A DNA stretch of 64,000 bases. Origin: an uncultured Verrucomicrobiae bacterium. Its GTDB lineage: Bacteria > Verrucomicrobiota > Verrucomicrobiia > Chthoniobacterales > JAFAMB01. Where the stretch lies: the NCBI GenBank assembly GCA_963762565.1, contig CAVXLD010000009.1, positions 64,001 through 128,000 of the forward strand. The letters run 5' to 3'. Position numbers and translations under genes: made by a program. Every line of letters begins with the position of its first letter. The stretch's first letter is position 1. Shown here in pieces: positions 48,657 through 58,900 of this stretch. The notes under the pieces are model-generated. The model was not told where the DNA came from, ran no database searches, and worked only from the letters and a program-made list of their open reading frames with translations.

Positions 48657-50690
48657 ATGAAGCTACTCCACAACCCGTGTCTTCTTCAACGAAGCAAATT
48701 TTGCTGGGCGTCGCCACGAGCCCTAGCGGGCATCTCTTTACTTTTTTTGCAGCCTGCGTTTGGACAACAACCAACACCACAGACAAAGCCCGTTATTCCA
48801 CAAGCCGAACAGCCGACAGCAACTCCAAGTGCGGAGCCAATGCTGCCGACCGGGCCGAGAGAAGAAGCCAAGCCCTTGATCCCTGCGGCCGGTATTCCTA
48901 CTCCCAGTCCTACACCGACTCTCCCTACCGAGGTCCAATCCAAGCTGGATCAAGAGTTTGAGGAAGCAATGCAAGTGCATCGATTTCGCCCGAGCTTTTT
49001 TGCGCCGCTTTCGTTGCTCGATGCAGTACGTCTGACTCTCATGCAAAATTCGGACCTTCGCATGAGTACTGAAGACGCGCAGTCGGCCCGGGGTGCGCTG
49101 AAGAAAGCGACCGGAAATTACGATGCCCAATTCATCGGTGCTCTCGGTTATGTGAGGAGTCAGCTGTCCAGCTCGAACAGTAGTAACGCAGTCTCAGCTT
49201 TCTCAACGCAGAACCAAATTACTCAGGTCCTCACCCAGACGCTGACCCAAACCCTGACCCAGCTCAAAGCCAATCCGAGCGCCAACATCAGCCAGCTCGT
49301 GAGCATGAACGCCGCCCAATCCAGCGGGTCGGCATCAACGACTGACATACAAACCATTATCGCTACCGCAGACGCTTCCAAGACTTTGCGAAACGGGATA
49401 GACCTCAGCGTTGAGTACTCCCCCCAGTTCTTAAACAACCAGGATCAACTTTCGTGGCCTCCCGCGGTTCACCAAATCACTTTTTCAATGGGAATGTCTC
49501 TCACCAAATTTGGCACGTACTTCAATTCGGCTGACGAGACGGCTGCGCGTAAAGACTATCAAGCCGCCTTGTTGACTTTAGGGCACACCACCACCAAGGC
49601 AGTGCTCGACACGATACAGGCCTACTGGAAAGAGGCGGCAGCTCTCGAGAAGTTTTATTACGAGGACCGCACCTATCGGGTAAACGCCGCGGTACTTACC
49701 CTCACCGAGGAGCTGGCCAAGAATGGTGGCGTGGCTCAAACAGAGGTTCCGCTGGCTGTGGCTCACCGAGCGGAGGCCTTTGCGTCGCGATCGGCTGCGC
49801 TAATTGAGGTCTTGAATTCAGCGAAAGCCCTGGCGGCAACCTTAGGGTTAACTCGAGAGCAGTTGCGCTTCCTCCCGTTTCCGTCGGACCATTTCCCGGG
49901 CCTGAACGAAACCGCTCTCTCAAGAATCAATGAGTCTCAATTGATCGATGTGGCGCTGGGGCGACGTCTCGATCGGTTGGCCGCCATCGAGAAAGTCGAC
50001 GGAAAACGAGTGAAGTCCGACCATGCTAGAATCGATTTGCGGCCCGATGTTAAATTCAGTCTCGGGGGAGGCGCCGACATCGTTGACGGCCGGCAGACCG
50101 GAGCCGGTTCAGGCTATACCGTGGACCCGCAGGTTAATGCTAATGTCTCACTGAACTGGACGCCCGCCAACAATAAGAAAGAAGCCGCTTTGCTCGACGC
50201 GGAAGCAGATTTGGACAAGTCCCTTATCGGCCTGGACGATATTTCCAGAGAGATCGAGTTAAGCATTCAAAACGACATCTCCACAATGCAGGCTTACCAG
50301 GTCGAGATTGCCCAGTCAGATTTGGCCGTCGAAAACTACAAAAAAAGTATAACGGATCTGCGGGAGAAGTTCCGCGTGGGAGCCGCGACCCTCATCGACG
50401 TGTTTCAGTCCGTGGATCGACTCACCAGATCAGCAGAGTTGCTGGCGGATGCACAGTCGAGCATGGCGTCGACCATCGCTAAGCTTCGGTATGACACGGC
50501 GACAATGCTGACCAGAGGCACGGTTATGCGAACCCCGGGGTTTCCAAACCCGGTGGAGAAAATGCAGCTGAAAAGAGATGTTTTTGTTACTCTGCCGGAT
50601 TTGAACCAAGAGGCAGGTCCGACCGTAAAGGACCGGAATTATGAGCCTAATATCAAATACATCTCAGGCCACCCCCCCTGGCACCACTAA
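48657..50690 (+). CDS. TolC-family outer membrane efflux protein
   Basis: Signal and Pro-rich N-terminus, LSLLDAVRLTLMQN, REKFRVGAATLIDV; first gene of the export operon. Confidence 0.82.
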   Translation: MKLLHNPCLLQRSKFCWASPRALAGISLLFLQPAFGQQPTPQTKPVIPQAEQPTATPSAEPMLPTGPREEAKPLIPAAGIPTPSPTPTLPTEVQSKLDQEFEEAMQVHRFRPSFFAPLSLLDAVRLTLMQNSDLRMSTEDAQSARGALKKATGNYDAQFIGALGYVRSQLSSSNSSNAVSAFSTQNQITQVLTQTLTQTLTQLKANPSANISQLVSMNAAQSSGSASTTDIQTIIATADASKTLRNGIDLSVEYSPQFLNNQDQLSWPPAVHQITFSMGMSLTKFGTYFNSADETAARKDYQAALLTLGHTTTKAVLDTIQAYWKEAAALEKFYYEDRTYRVNAAVLTLTEELAKNGGVAQTEVPLAVAHRAEAFASRSAALIEVLNSAKALAATLGLTREQLRFLPFPSDHFPGLNETALSRINESQLIDVALGRRLDRLAAIEKVDGKRVKSDHARIDLRPDVKFSLGGGADIVDGRQTGAGSGYTVDPQVNANVSLNWTPANNKKEAALLDAEADLDKSLIGLDDISREIELSIQNDISTMQAYQVEIAQSDLAVENYKKSITDLREKFRVGAATLIDVFQSVDRLTRSAELLADAQSSMASTIAKLRYDTATMLTRGTVMRTPGFPNPVEKMQLKRDVFVTLPDLNQEAGPTVKDRNYEPNIKYISGHPPWHH

Positions 50691-51957
50691 AGACGGGGCG
50701 CCGCCGGAAAAAACTATCTTCCGAAAAGCCGCCTTGGAGCGGCTTTCTTCTCCGGAACAGCTCGATTATCTGATGTCGGTCACGTCGCCCGTCGGATGGC
50801 TGGCGCTTTCGGCATTGGCGGGCGTCCTTTTCCTGATTGTGCTTTGGGGGTTTCTTGGACGAATTCCCGATACGGTTTCAGGAAGCGGGATCTTGATTCG
50901 CGGCGGCGCGGTTTACGATGTTTCTGCCGGAAGCGATGGATTCATTACTCAGGTGCTGGTGAAAACGGGCGATCAAGTTAAGGCCGGCCAAGTCGTGGCA
51001 AAGATGAGCCAGTCGCAGTTGGAGCTAAAGATCAAGTCAAGCCAGGCCCAGCTAAAGGTCTTGCAGGGGCAGGACGCCGACATGACCAGTCGGGAGGATA
51101 AGAATGACGCCGCCGCGCTGGCGGACTACAAGAAACAAGATCAGGCATTGCTCGATGCCATTGCCAGCTACAAAGTTCAGATCGAAGCCGACCAGAGAGA
51201 ATTCGAAACTAAAGAAAGCCTACTGCAAAAAGGCTTAACCACGCAGGCTGAAGTCAACAAGGCGCGCGATGCCCTTTACGGCGTTAAGGGTCAGGTCGCG
51301 GATACTCAAGTCAAGGAGAGCCAGATTGGGACGGACGAAATCAAGTTAGCCCGCGACACTCAGACGTCTAGAAACGCGCGCCTGAAAGAGATCAACAGCA
51401 CGAAGCTGCAGCTCCAGGAATATATCGCGGAGCGAGATGCCGGAGTTCAAGTGGTTTGCAATTATTCGGGACGAGTGATCGAAAAGCTGGTTGAACGCGG
51501 CTCACCGGTTGTCGCAAAAGACCGGGTCATCACCGTCGAAGCGGAGGACGCGCCGATGCTGGCGGTAATCTATGTCCCCGCCGGAGAAGGGAAGAAAGTT
51601 CTGCCAAACCAGGAAATTCGGGTTTCACCTTCTACAGTGAAGGCTGAAGAGTATGGATTTATTCTCGGGAAAGTGACAAATGTTTCCTATTTCCCAAGCA
51701 CTCCGGAGGGCATGAAAGTTGTACTCAGAAACGAAGAGTTAGTGAAGGACCTTTCTACGACGGGAGCTCCTATTGAGATCACGGGCGACCTCTATCAAGA
51801 TCGGTCGACTAAGAGCGGGTACCGATGGTCTTCTTCGCAGGGACCATCAACGGGGATTTTCAGCGGCACGCTGGCCCAAGCTTCCATTGTGGTTGACCAG
51901 AAGCCGCCCATCGACTTCGTGATTCCGAAAATCAAAGAAATCCTCGGGCTCAAATGA
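50641..51957 (+). CDS. NHLM bacteriocin system secretion protein (HlyD family)
   Basis: IFRKAALERLSSPEQLD, PSTVKAEEYG and SGYRWSSSQGP. Confidence 0.92.
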   Translation: MSLISNTSQATPPGTTKDGAPPEKTIFRKAALERLSSPEQLDYLMSVTSPVGWLALSALAGVLFLIVLWGFLGRIPDTVSGSGILIRGGAVYDVSAGSDGFITQVLVKTGDQVKAGQVVAKMSQSQLELKIKSSQAQLKVLQGQDADMTSREDKNDAAALADYKKQDQALLDAIASYKVQIEADQREFETKESLLQKGLTTQAEVNKARDALYGVKGQVADTQVKESQIGTDEIKLARDTQTSRNARLKEINSTKLQLQEYIAERDAGVQVVCNYSGRVIEKLVERGSPVVAKDRVITVEAEDAPMLAVIYVPAGEGKKVLPNQEIRVSPSTVKAEEYGFILGKVTNVSYFPSTPEGMKVVLRNEELVKDLSTTGAPIEITGDLYQDRSTKSGYRWSSSQGPSTGIFSGTLAQASIVVDQKPPIDFVIPKIKEILGLK

Positions 51958-54137
51958 GCGACGCCATCCTGCCGTCCGACGGGGCGCTCCCCGCTCGCGT
52001 GATGACGCCGACGCTGCTGCAGATGGAGGCCGTGGAATGCGGGGCGGCGGCGTTGGGCATCATCATGCGGTATTACGATCTGTGGCGCCCGCTGGAGCAG
52101 CTCCGAATGGAATGCGGTGTGACCCGCGACGGCAGCAAAGCGAGTAATTTGTTGAAGGCGGCGCGACGTTTCGGGATGGAGGCGAACGGAATCCGTTGCG
52201 AGCTGAACGCCCTGCTAAAAACCGAACCACCGGTGATTCTCTATTGGAATTTCAATCACTTCCTGGTGTACGAGGGCGTTAGCCAAGGAAAAGTTCATTT
52301 GAACGACCCGGCTACCGGTCCTCGTCGAATTAGCATCGAAGAGCTAGAGGCCTCTTTCACCGGGGTAGTGCTGAAGATCAGCCGCGGTCCGGCCTTCGTA
52401 CCGGGCGGGGAAAAACCTAGCCTGTTAACTGCCTTGCGCCGGCGCATTTCGGGGTTCGAAATCGGTTTGAGTTTTGCGTTTTTAACCGGCTTGCTACTGA
52501 TCATTCCGAATATCGTGAACCCATCATTCACCCGGGTGTTCATCGACCAGTACCTGATCGGAGACAAGACGAGCATTCTCCGCCCATTGGTCGCCTGCAT
52601 GGCGGTCTCAATTGGCTTCATGATTTTGCTGCTTTGGTTGCAGCGCCATTTTCTATTGCGGTTGGAGACTAAGCTCGCCCTCACAACTTCCGCTAAGTTC
52701 TTTACCCATGTGGTCAAGCTGCCCATGGAATTCTATTCGCAGCGCTATGCGGGAGAAATCGGATCACGGGTGCTCATCAACGATAAGGTTGCCAAGGTTC
52801 TCTCCGATAAGCTGGTCACGACCGGGCTCGACCTGATGGCCTTGTTGTTCTTTGCCCTCGTCATGATCCAATATGATTTTTGGCTGACGTTGATCTGCGT
52901 CACCTTTGCCTTCCTCAATTTGATTGCGATCAAGGCCGTTCAACGGCCCCGGACCGATGCAAGCTTCCGGCTGCAGCAAGAACGCGGAAAGATGACCGGG
53001 ACTTCGATGAATGGCGTGCAAATGATTGAGACGCTGAAAGCGACCGGCGGTGAAGACGAGTTTTTTGGGCGGTGGTCAGGTTATCAGGCAAAGACTATCC
53101 GAGCGGAACAGGACATGGATTTATACGGTCAAACCTTGTCTGCCGTGCCTCCGCTGACCAAAGGGTTAATCACGGCCACGATCCTCGGGTTTGGTGGCTG
53201 GAGAGTCATGGATGGTCATTTAACCGTGGGTTTGTTAGTCGCCTTCCAATCATTGATGGATGGGTTCACTAAACCGATTACCTCCTTCGTGACATTCGGT
53301 AATGCGCTCCAGGAGACCGGCTCCGACTTGAACCGGCTCGACGACGTCTTGCGTTATGAAACCGATCCTATTTACGCCAGCGATCGCACGGTCAGCCCTG
53401 AGTTCAAGGCCACCATCAAATTGACCGGACTGCTCGAGGTCCGCAATCTGACCTTTGGGTTTAACCCATTAGGCGCCCCGTTAATTGAGAACCTCAGCTT
53501 CAGGGTCCGGCCGGGTGAGCGGGTCGCTTTGGTGGGCGGTAGCGGCAGCGGTAAATCGACCGTTTCCAAACTGGTAGCCGGCCTTTTCAAACCATGGAGC
53601 GGCGAGATCCTGTTCGACGGGGTTCCGCGAACGCAGATCCCTCGGCGTTTGCTGCACAATTCGATCGGTATGGTTGATCAGGATATCTTCATGTTCGAAG
53701 GCACGATTCGCGACAATCTGACCATGTGGAATCCGACAGTCCTCGACTCTCATATCACTCTAGCGTGTAAGGATTCTGCCATAGCGGAGGACGTAGCCAG
53801 CAGGCAAGGAGGTCTTTCCAGCACCGTTGCAGAAGGCGGGGTCAACTTTTCTGGTGGCCAGCGCCAAAGGCTCGAAATCGCTCGAGCCCTGGTGAATTCG
53901 CCAAGTTTTTTGATTCTGGACGAGGCCACTAGCGCGCTAGATCCAACCACTGAGGAAGTGATTGATCGCAACCTGCGTCGACGCGGCTGTTCCTGTTTAA
54001 TCGTAGCACACCGCCTAAGTACGATCCGTGACTGCGATGAGATCATCGTCCTCGAATATGGAAGAGTGGTAGAACGAGGGACGCACGAATCGATGAAAAA
54101 CGCAGGTGGCCCATATTCGAGGTTAATCAGTCATTAG
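51954..54137 (+). CDS. NHLM ABC transporter with C39 peptidase domain
   Basis: QMEAVECGAAAL, WNFNHF and NDPA (Cys/His/Asp triad); GGSGSGKS, FSGGQRQR and LDEATS. Confidence 0.95.
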   Translation: MSDAILPSDGALPARVMTPTLLQMEAVECGAAALGIIMRYYDLWRPLEQLRMECGVTRDGSKASNLLKAARRFGMEANGIRCELNALLKTEPPVILYWNFNHFLVYEGVSQGKVHLNDPATGPRRISIEELEASFTGVVLKISRGPAFVPGGEKPSLLTALRRRISGFEIGLSFAFLTGLLLIIPNIVNPSFTRVFIDQYLIGDKTSILRPLVACMAVSIGFMILLLWLQRHFLLRLETKLALTTSAKFFTHVVKLPMEFYSQRYAGEIGSRVLINDKVAKVLSDKLVTTGLDLMALLFFALVMIQYDFWLTLICVTFAFLNLIAIKAVQRPRTDASFRLQQERGKMTGTSMNGVQMIETLKATGGEDEFFGRWSGYQAKTIRAEQDMDLYGQTLSAVPPLTKGLITATILGFGGWRVMDGHLTVGLLVAFQSLMDGFTKPITSFVTFGNALQETGSDLNRLDDVLRYETDPIYASDRTVSPEFKATIKLTGLLEVRNLTFGFNPLGAPLIENLSFRVRPGERVALVGGSGSGKSTVSKLVAGLFKPWSGEILFDGVPRTQIPRRLLHNSIGMVDQDIFMFEGTIRDNLTMWNPTVLDSHITLACKDSAIAEDVASRQGGLSSTVAEGGVNFSGGQRQRLEIARALVNSPSFLILDEATSALDPTTEEVIDRNLRRRGCSCLIVAHRLSTIRDCDEIIVLEYGRVVERGTHESMKNAGGPYSRLISH

Positions 54138-54343
54138 CCTGCGCCGTCTTTGAAAGCGCAGGCTTTCAAAGACGGCGCAGGCTATGGGCAGTTAGACCGG
54201 CGCTACCGCGCCGGTCTAACTGCCTGTGCGAAGAACTATGTGTGAGAAACTACCAACAAATTTTGGGAGTGCAGGAGAATGGTCCGGCGTAGCCGGGGCA
54301 TTCTCCTGCCATAGCCTGGATCGCTAGTAGATCCAGGCTTCTT
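54135..54343. repeat. four-hairpin intergenic element (TAGCCTG family, copy B)
   Basis: Perfect 23-bp stem 54135-54184, 17-bp stem 54187-54224, hairpin 54271-54309 and 10-bp stem 54313-54339; lies between stop and ATG of the two transporter genes. Confidence 0.8.
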
Positions 54344-57292
54344 ATGGCAGTCGTTGCCTCAGCTATCAGCAATGCACTCGTAGCAGCGGGACAGCTACAC
54401 CTTCTTCGTTTGAACGAAACCTTCGTGATCGAAGGGTCGGAGAACGTTTGGTTTATTGAGAGCGGCAAAGTGGACCTTTTCACGGTCCAGCTTCAGGGAA
54501 ACGATGCGACCGGACCGAGAACTCATTTCCTTTCCTTGGAAGCCGGGTCGCTGATCTTTGGGATGGATTTTGAAAGGCAGGAGCACGGATACTGCTTTCT
54601 TCTGACCGGTCAGGAAGGGACCCATCTAATCGAACTTGATCGGGAGAAAGTGAGGCGATTGGCTCGGGACCATGAATTTGCTGCGAGCATCGGCCAACTT
54701 ACCGATCAGTGGCTGGCTCATCTCTCCGCTAGCGTCACGCGAGATGTACGGCCACTTCCGAAAGCCGATGAGCTCTTGGTCGGAGGCAAGGAAATCTTGC
54801 TGCCGCGGGAGAAAATCGCGCGGGCCCGACGTGGCATCGTTTGGGTCCAGGTAATGCGAGGAGAAGCGTTGTATCTCGGAATGGAGGCCGTTTCCCGAAC
54901 GGGCGAAGGCGTGCCGGTCTTGCCTTTGTCGCCGGATACTTGGATCGAATCCTACGACGACAATCTCCTCTCCTGCTTTTCAACACCCACCGCGATCACT
55001 CAGGCCACATTTTGGATGGGCTTGGGTCTCTTCCATGAGGTGTTGTGCCAGTGTGAATTCATTAATAAGAAGCTCAGGATTGTCGATGATTTTAACCGGC
55101 TTCGCGCGCGGGAAGCATCGGGCTTGCGGTCGCGGGACACCGCCTTGCGCGAAATTGCTTCAGTATTGGAACCCCTCGCAGAAGGCCGTGACGGAGCTCT
55201 CCTCGATGCCTCGGCTAACCCGATACTGGCGGCTTGCCGGATAGTTGGTGAAGCCTGCGGAATCCCGGTTAAAGTCCCGCCTGACCTTCATCTGGTCGCC
55301 GACAAACTCGGAGCCATCGCTAAAGCATCGCGATTTCGCTACCGCGCGGTAGCGCTCCGAGGCGATTGGTGGGAGGTCGACCATGGCTCGCTTTTGGCCT
55401 ATCGCGAAGGAACTCGTGACCCGGTTGCGATCGTTAAGACCGGCCCCAAGAGCTACGAACTCGCAGACCCACGAACGCCGAACCGGATCCCAATAACTCC
55501 GGCGGTAGCAGCCACATTGGCACCCTTCGGTGTTTCATTTTATGCCCCCTTACCAGAGACCAAGTTAGGCGCTTGGGACCTGATTAAATTTGGATTGAGA
55601 GATTCTAAATCAGACCTTCGCACCATCCTTCTGATGGGGGTTTTGGTCGGATTATTAGGCATGGTAACGCCTTACTTCAGCGGTCAGATCTTCGATTCGA
55701 TTATCCCGTCCGCTGATCGCAGCCAGTTAACCCAGTTTGCGATCGGGTTATTTGCGGCAGCCCTGGCCACATTCGCTTTCGAGCTGACTCGTTCGATCGC
55801 CGTGCTCCGGCTCACCGGTAAGATGGACTACTCAGTTCAAGCCGGAGTCTGGGATCGCCTCCTGAACTTGCCGTCCACCTTCTTTCGAGAGTACACGGCC
55901 GGCGACCTCACCGACCGCGCGCTGGGCGTCGAACAGATTCGACAAGCGATCTCTCAATCCGGTACGCAGGCGATCGTCGGGGCAATCAGCGCTGTGATTA
56001 CGGGGATCTTTCTTTTCTCCTACAACCTCCAGATGGCGGCCATCGCTATCGCTCTGGTGGCGGTAGGAGTCCTGCTCCCCTGCTCTATCAATTTTCTGCA
56101 GTTACGCAATCAGCAACGCATGTTCAGAATGCGCGGGTTGATCACGGGCCTCGTTCTCCAGCTGATCAGCGGCGTCGCAAAGATCCGAGTTTCCGGAGCA
56201 GAAGACTCCGCATTCCGTGAATGGACTCGCAGATTTTCGGCTCAGAAGCGACTCGCCTTTCGGGTCGGATTCCTCGCCAACATTATCCAGGTCTTCAGCC
56301 GAGTATTTCCCGTCATTGCGACGGCGATCATTTTCTTCGCCTACGGCTGGCTACGAGACCAAGCCGCTGCGAACCATGATAAGTTCGGCATGACGACGGG
56401 CCAGTTCGTTGCCTTCAACGGCGTCTTCATGAATGTCCTCTCAAGCATGTTGGCGCTGAGCGGGGTTGTTCTCGATCTGCTGATCATCTTTCCGTTGTTT
56501 CAACGGCTACGGCCGATCATCCAAAGTGAACCTGAGATCGATGAAGCTAAAGCTCATCCTGGAGAATTGAGCGGTGAAGTGGAGGTTTATCATCTCTCAT
56601 TTCGCTACACCGAGGATGGGCCATTGATTCTGAAGGATGTCTCTCTCTTAATCCGACCAGGGGAATTCGTTGCGCTAGTAGGCGGCTCCGGATCTGGAAA
56701 ATCCACCCTGCTCCGTCTGCTCCTTGGCTTTGAGAAACCGGAGTCCGGAGCGATTCTTTACGATAGCCAGGAGCTCTCTTCTTTGGACCTGCGGGCGGTC
56801 CGGCGGCAAATCGGAGTCGTCCTGCAATCAAGCAAGCTGATGCCAACAGACATCTATCGGAACATCATCGGGTCGCATACAACTCTTACACTAAACGACG
56901 CTTGGGAGGCCGCCAGAATGGCTGGCCTCGATCGAGATATCAAAAATATGCCCATGGGCATGAACACCGTCGTATCCGAAGGTGGCGGCACGTTTTCGGG
57001 CGGTCAGCGGCAACGTCTTATGGTGGCGCGAGCGCTGGTGAATCGGCCTAGAATTGTTTTTTTTGACGAGGCAACCAGCGCGATGGATAACGAAACGCAA
57101 CGTACGGTCACTGAAAGCCTGGACGCCATGCAAGCAACTCGGATCGTTATCGCCCATCGATTGAGCACCATTATTAATGCGGACCGAATTTTCGTCCTGA
57201 AATATGGCGAGCTGGTTCAGACCGGTGCCTACACGGAATTGATGAATCAACCGGGGCCATTTGCCGATCTTGCCAAACGACAGCTGGCTTAA
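54344..57292 (+). CDS. NHLM ABC transporter permease/ATPase subunit
   Basis: cNMP-binding-like N-terminus, degenerate C39 (GDWWEVDHGSLL), WDRLLNLP, GGSGSGKS and FDEATS. Confidence 0.92.
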   Translation: MAVVASAISNALVAAGQLHLLRLNETFVIEGSENVWFIESGKVDLFTVQLQGNDATGPRTHFLSLEAGSLIFGMDFERQEHGYCFLLTGQEGTHLIELDREKVRRLARDHEFAASIGQLTDQWLAHLSASVTRDVRPLPKADELLVGGKEILLPREKIARARRGIVWVQVMRGEALYLGMEAVSRTGEGVPVLPLSPDTWIESYDDNLLSCFSTPTAITQATFWMGLGLFHEVLCQCEFINKKLRIVDDFNRLRAREASGLRSRDTALREIASVLEPLAEGRDGALLDASANPILAACRIVGEACGIPVKVPPDLHLVADKLGAIAKASRFRYRAVALRGDWWEVDHGSLLAYREGTRDPVAIVKTGPKSYELADPRTPNRIPITPAVAATLAPFGVSFYAPLPETKLGAWDLIKFGLRDSKSDLRTILLMGVLVGLLGMVTPYFSGQIFDSIIPSADRSQLTQFAIGLFAAALATFAFELTRSIAVLRLTGKMDYSVQAGVWDRLLNLPSTFFREYTAGDLTDRALGVEQIRQAISQSGTQAIVGAISAVITGIFLFSYNLQMAAIAIALVAVGVLLPCSINFLQLRNQQRMFRMRGLITGLVLQLISGVAKIRVSGAEDSAFREWTRRFSAQKRLAFRVGFLANIIQVFSRVFPVIATAIIFFAYGWLRDQAAANHDKFGMTTGQFVAFNGVFMNVLSSMLALSGVVLDLLIIFPLFQRLRPIIQSEPEIDEAKAHPGELSGEVEVYHLSFRYTEDGPLILKDVSLLIRPGEFVALVGGSGSGKSTLLRLLLGFEKPESGAILYDSQELSSLDLRAVRRQIGVVLQSSKLMPTDIYRNIIGSHTTLTLNDAWEAARMAGLDRDIKNMPMGMNTVVSEGGGTFSGGQRQRLMVARALVNRPRIVFFDEATSAMDNETQRTVTESLDAMQATRIVIAHRLSTIINADRIFVLKYGELVQTGAYTELMNQPGPFADLAKRQLA

Positions 57293-57348
57293 AGTAGCGA
57301 AACTGGTAGCCAGCCATACCTCTACGGACCTAACGCGCGGCTCACCCT

Positions 57349-58497
57349 ATGAAGAGCGATAGCACGGCCAATGTAGTTCCGTTTCCAAACGCTACGGTCG
57401 ATCAGAAAATTGACGCCAACATGACGGAAATCGCCCTAGACATTCGGGCGAAGGCGCTGGAGAAATGGGGAGCAAATCAAGCCGTCGAAGTCGTGGGTTT
57501 CAGCCAGAAAATTAGGGACACGCTCGATAAGGTTCAGAAGTTCGCCAAGTTCAATCAAACGATCCTGATCACCGGTGAAAGCGGCGTTGGGAAGGAACTC
57601 TTTGCTAAAGCTTGCTATCTGCTCAGCGCTCGAATCAAGGCGCCTTTTGTCATCGTCAACTGCCCGCAATACAGCGAAGGTAATGTAACCGTCAGTGAGC
57701 TTTTTGGTCATGTGAAGGGCAGCTTCACCGGCGCGATTGCCGATCATAAGGGCCTGTTCGATGCTGCCGAAGGCGGCGCCGTTTTTCTCGATGAAGTCGG
57801 AGACCTTCCTCTCAATGCACAGACCATGCTGCTGCGAGCGCTCGCTGAAAAAGAAGTAAAGCCTTTGGGGTCGAACAAAACCTATTCCGTCGATGTCAGG
57901 ATCATTGCCGCTACCAATCGCCCACTACGGGATATGGCGGCGTGCGGTCAGTTCCGGCAAGACCTCTACTTTCGTCTCCGCTATTTTCCACTTGAAATCC
58001 CGGCGCTGCGCGATCGAGAGGAGGACTGGAAGGTCTTGATCAGTCATTTTGTCGATCGGCTAAACCAGGAATATAACCTGAAGAAAGCGTTCTCCCCTAT
58101 CTCCATCAAGTTCTTGGAGCGTTACCCCTGGCCGGGCAACGTCAGGGAGCTGAAAAGCATCGTCACCATTGGGTTCTCCATGGCCGACTCGAAGTACATC
58201 GAACCAGACCACTTTGTTAGCGACCTGCGACAGGCGAATTTGCCCGGTCCCGACACCGGTAAGAGCGAGTTATTCGAACATATGGTTGAGGACGGCGGAT
58301 CGTTTTGGGATGTCGTTCATCAGCCTTTTCTCAACCGAGATCTTAATCGAGCGCAGGCACGAGAGATTATTTCGCAGGGGCTATTGACCGCTAGAGGCAG
58401 CTACCGGCGGATGAGCGTTCTCTTCAATATTAAGCCGGATCAATATCAAAAATTCATGGACTTCCTCCGCCATCATCGGTTGAAGCCGGAGGAATAG
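57349..58497 (+). CDS. sigma54 enhancer-binding protein lacking a sensory domain
   Basis: GESGVGKE, GSFTGA, FLDEVG and WPGNVREL; only ~45 aa precede the AAA+ domain; atypical C-terminal HTH. Confidence 0.9.
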   Translation: MKSDSTANVVPFPNATVDQKIDANMTEIALDIRAKALEKWGANQAVEVVGFSQKIRDTLDKVQKFAKFNQTILITGESGVGKELFAKACYLLSARIKAPFVIVNCPQYSEGNVTVSELFGHVKGSFTGAIADHKGLFDAAEGGAVFLDEVGDLPLNAQTMLLRALAEKEVKPLGSNKTYSVDVRIIAATNRPLRDMAACGQFRQDLYFRLRYFPLEIPALRDREEDWKVLISHFVDRLNQEYNLKKAFSPISIKFLERYPWPGNVRELKSIVTIGFSMADSKYIEPDHFVSDLRQANLPGPDTGKSELFEHMVEDGGSFWDVVHQPFLNRDLNRAQAREIISQGLLTARGSYRRMSVLFNIKPDQYQKFMDFLRHHRLKPEE

Positions 58498-58695
58498 GCG
58501 TTTGGCGTTTGGCGTTCGGCGTTCGGCGTTCGGCGGGTTCGGGCGGGTGGCCCGGGAGGGATCCGCGTCCCCGCGATCCGTGGTTATCGAAGCCGAGGAC
58601 ATGCTGTAATCGCGGAACAAGAATATACCTCTAGGTGACGGCACGTCTTTCGCGGCGCGCAGGACGCGCGCCCTCCCTAACCGCCAACCGCCAAA
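58497..58695. repeat. GGAGGG-REP element with TTYGGCG heptamer arm
   Basis: Inverted near-identical copy of 12715-12874. Confidence 0.8.
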
Positions 58696-58700
58696 CGCGC

Positions 58701-58749
58701 AAAATGGAGCCCCCGTTCCATTTTCGAGAATCGACGTTCCATTTTCGAG
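58701..58749. promoter_or_regulatory. candidate upstream activator sequences
   Basis: CGTTCCATTTTCGAG at 58714 and 58735 (21-bp period) plus an inverted half-site AAAATGGA at 58701. Confidence 0.6.
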
Positions 58750-58829
58750 CCGGTTGCACACCGGCACAAAAACAGAGCATTTGACATAAATATCTTATAA
58801 TGAAAGACTTAAACCTCTATCCCCGATTG

Positions 58830-58846
58830 TGGCACGGCTGCTGCTT
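58830..58846 (+). promoter_or_regulatory. sigma54 (-24/-12) promoter of the precursor operon
   Basis: TGGCACGGCTGCTGCTT, a close match to TGGCACG-N4-TTGCW. Confidence 0.75.
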
Positions 58847-58900
58847 AATGGATTTGCAGACATGCCGGTGGCTGTCGAACTCCAGTAGAGGAGATTTGTA

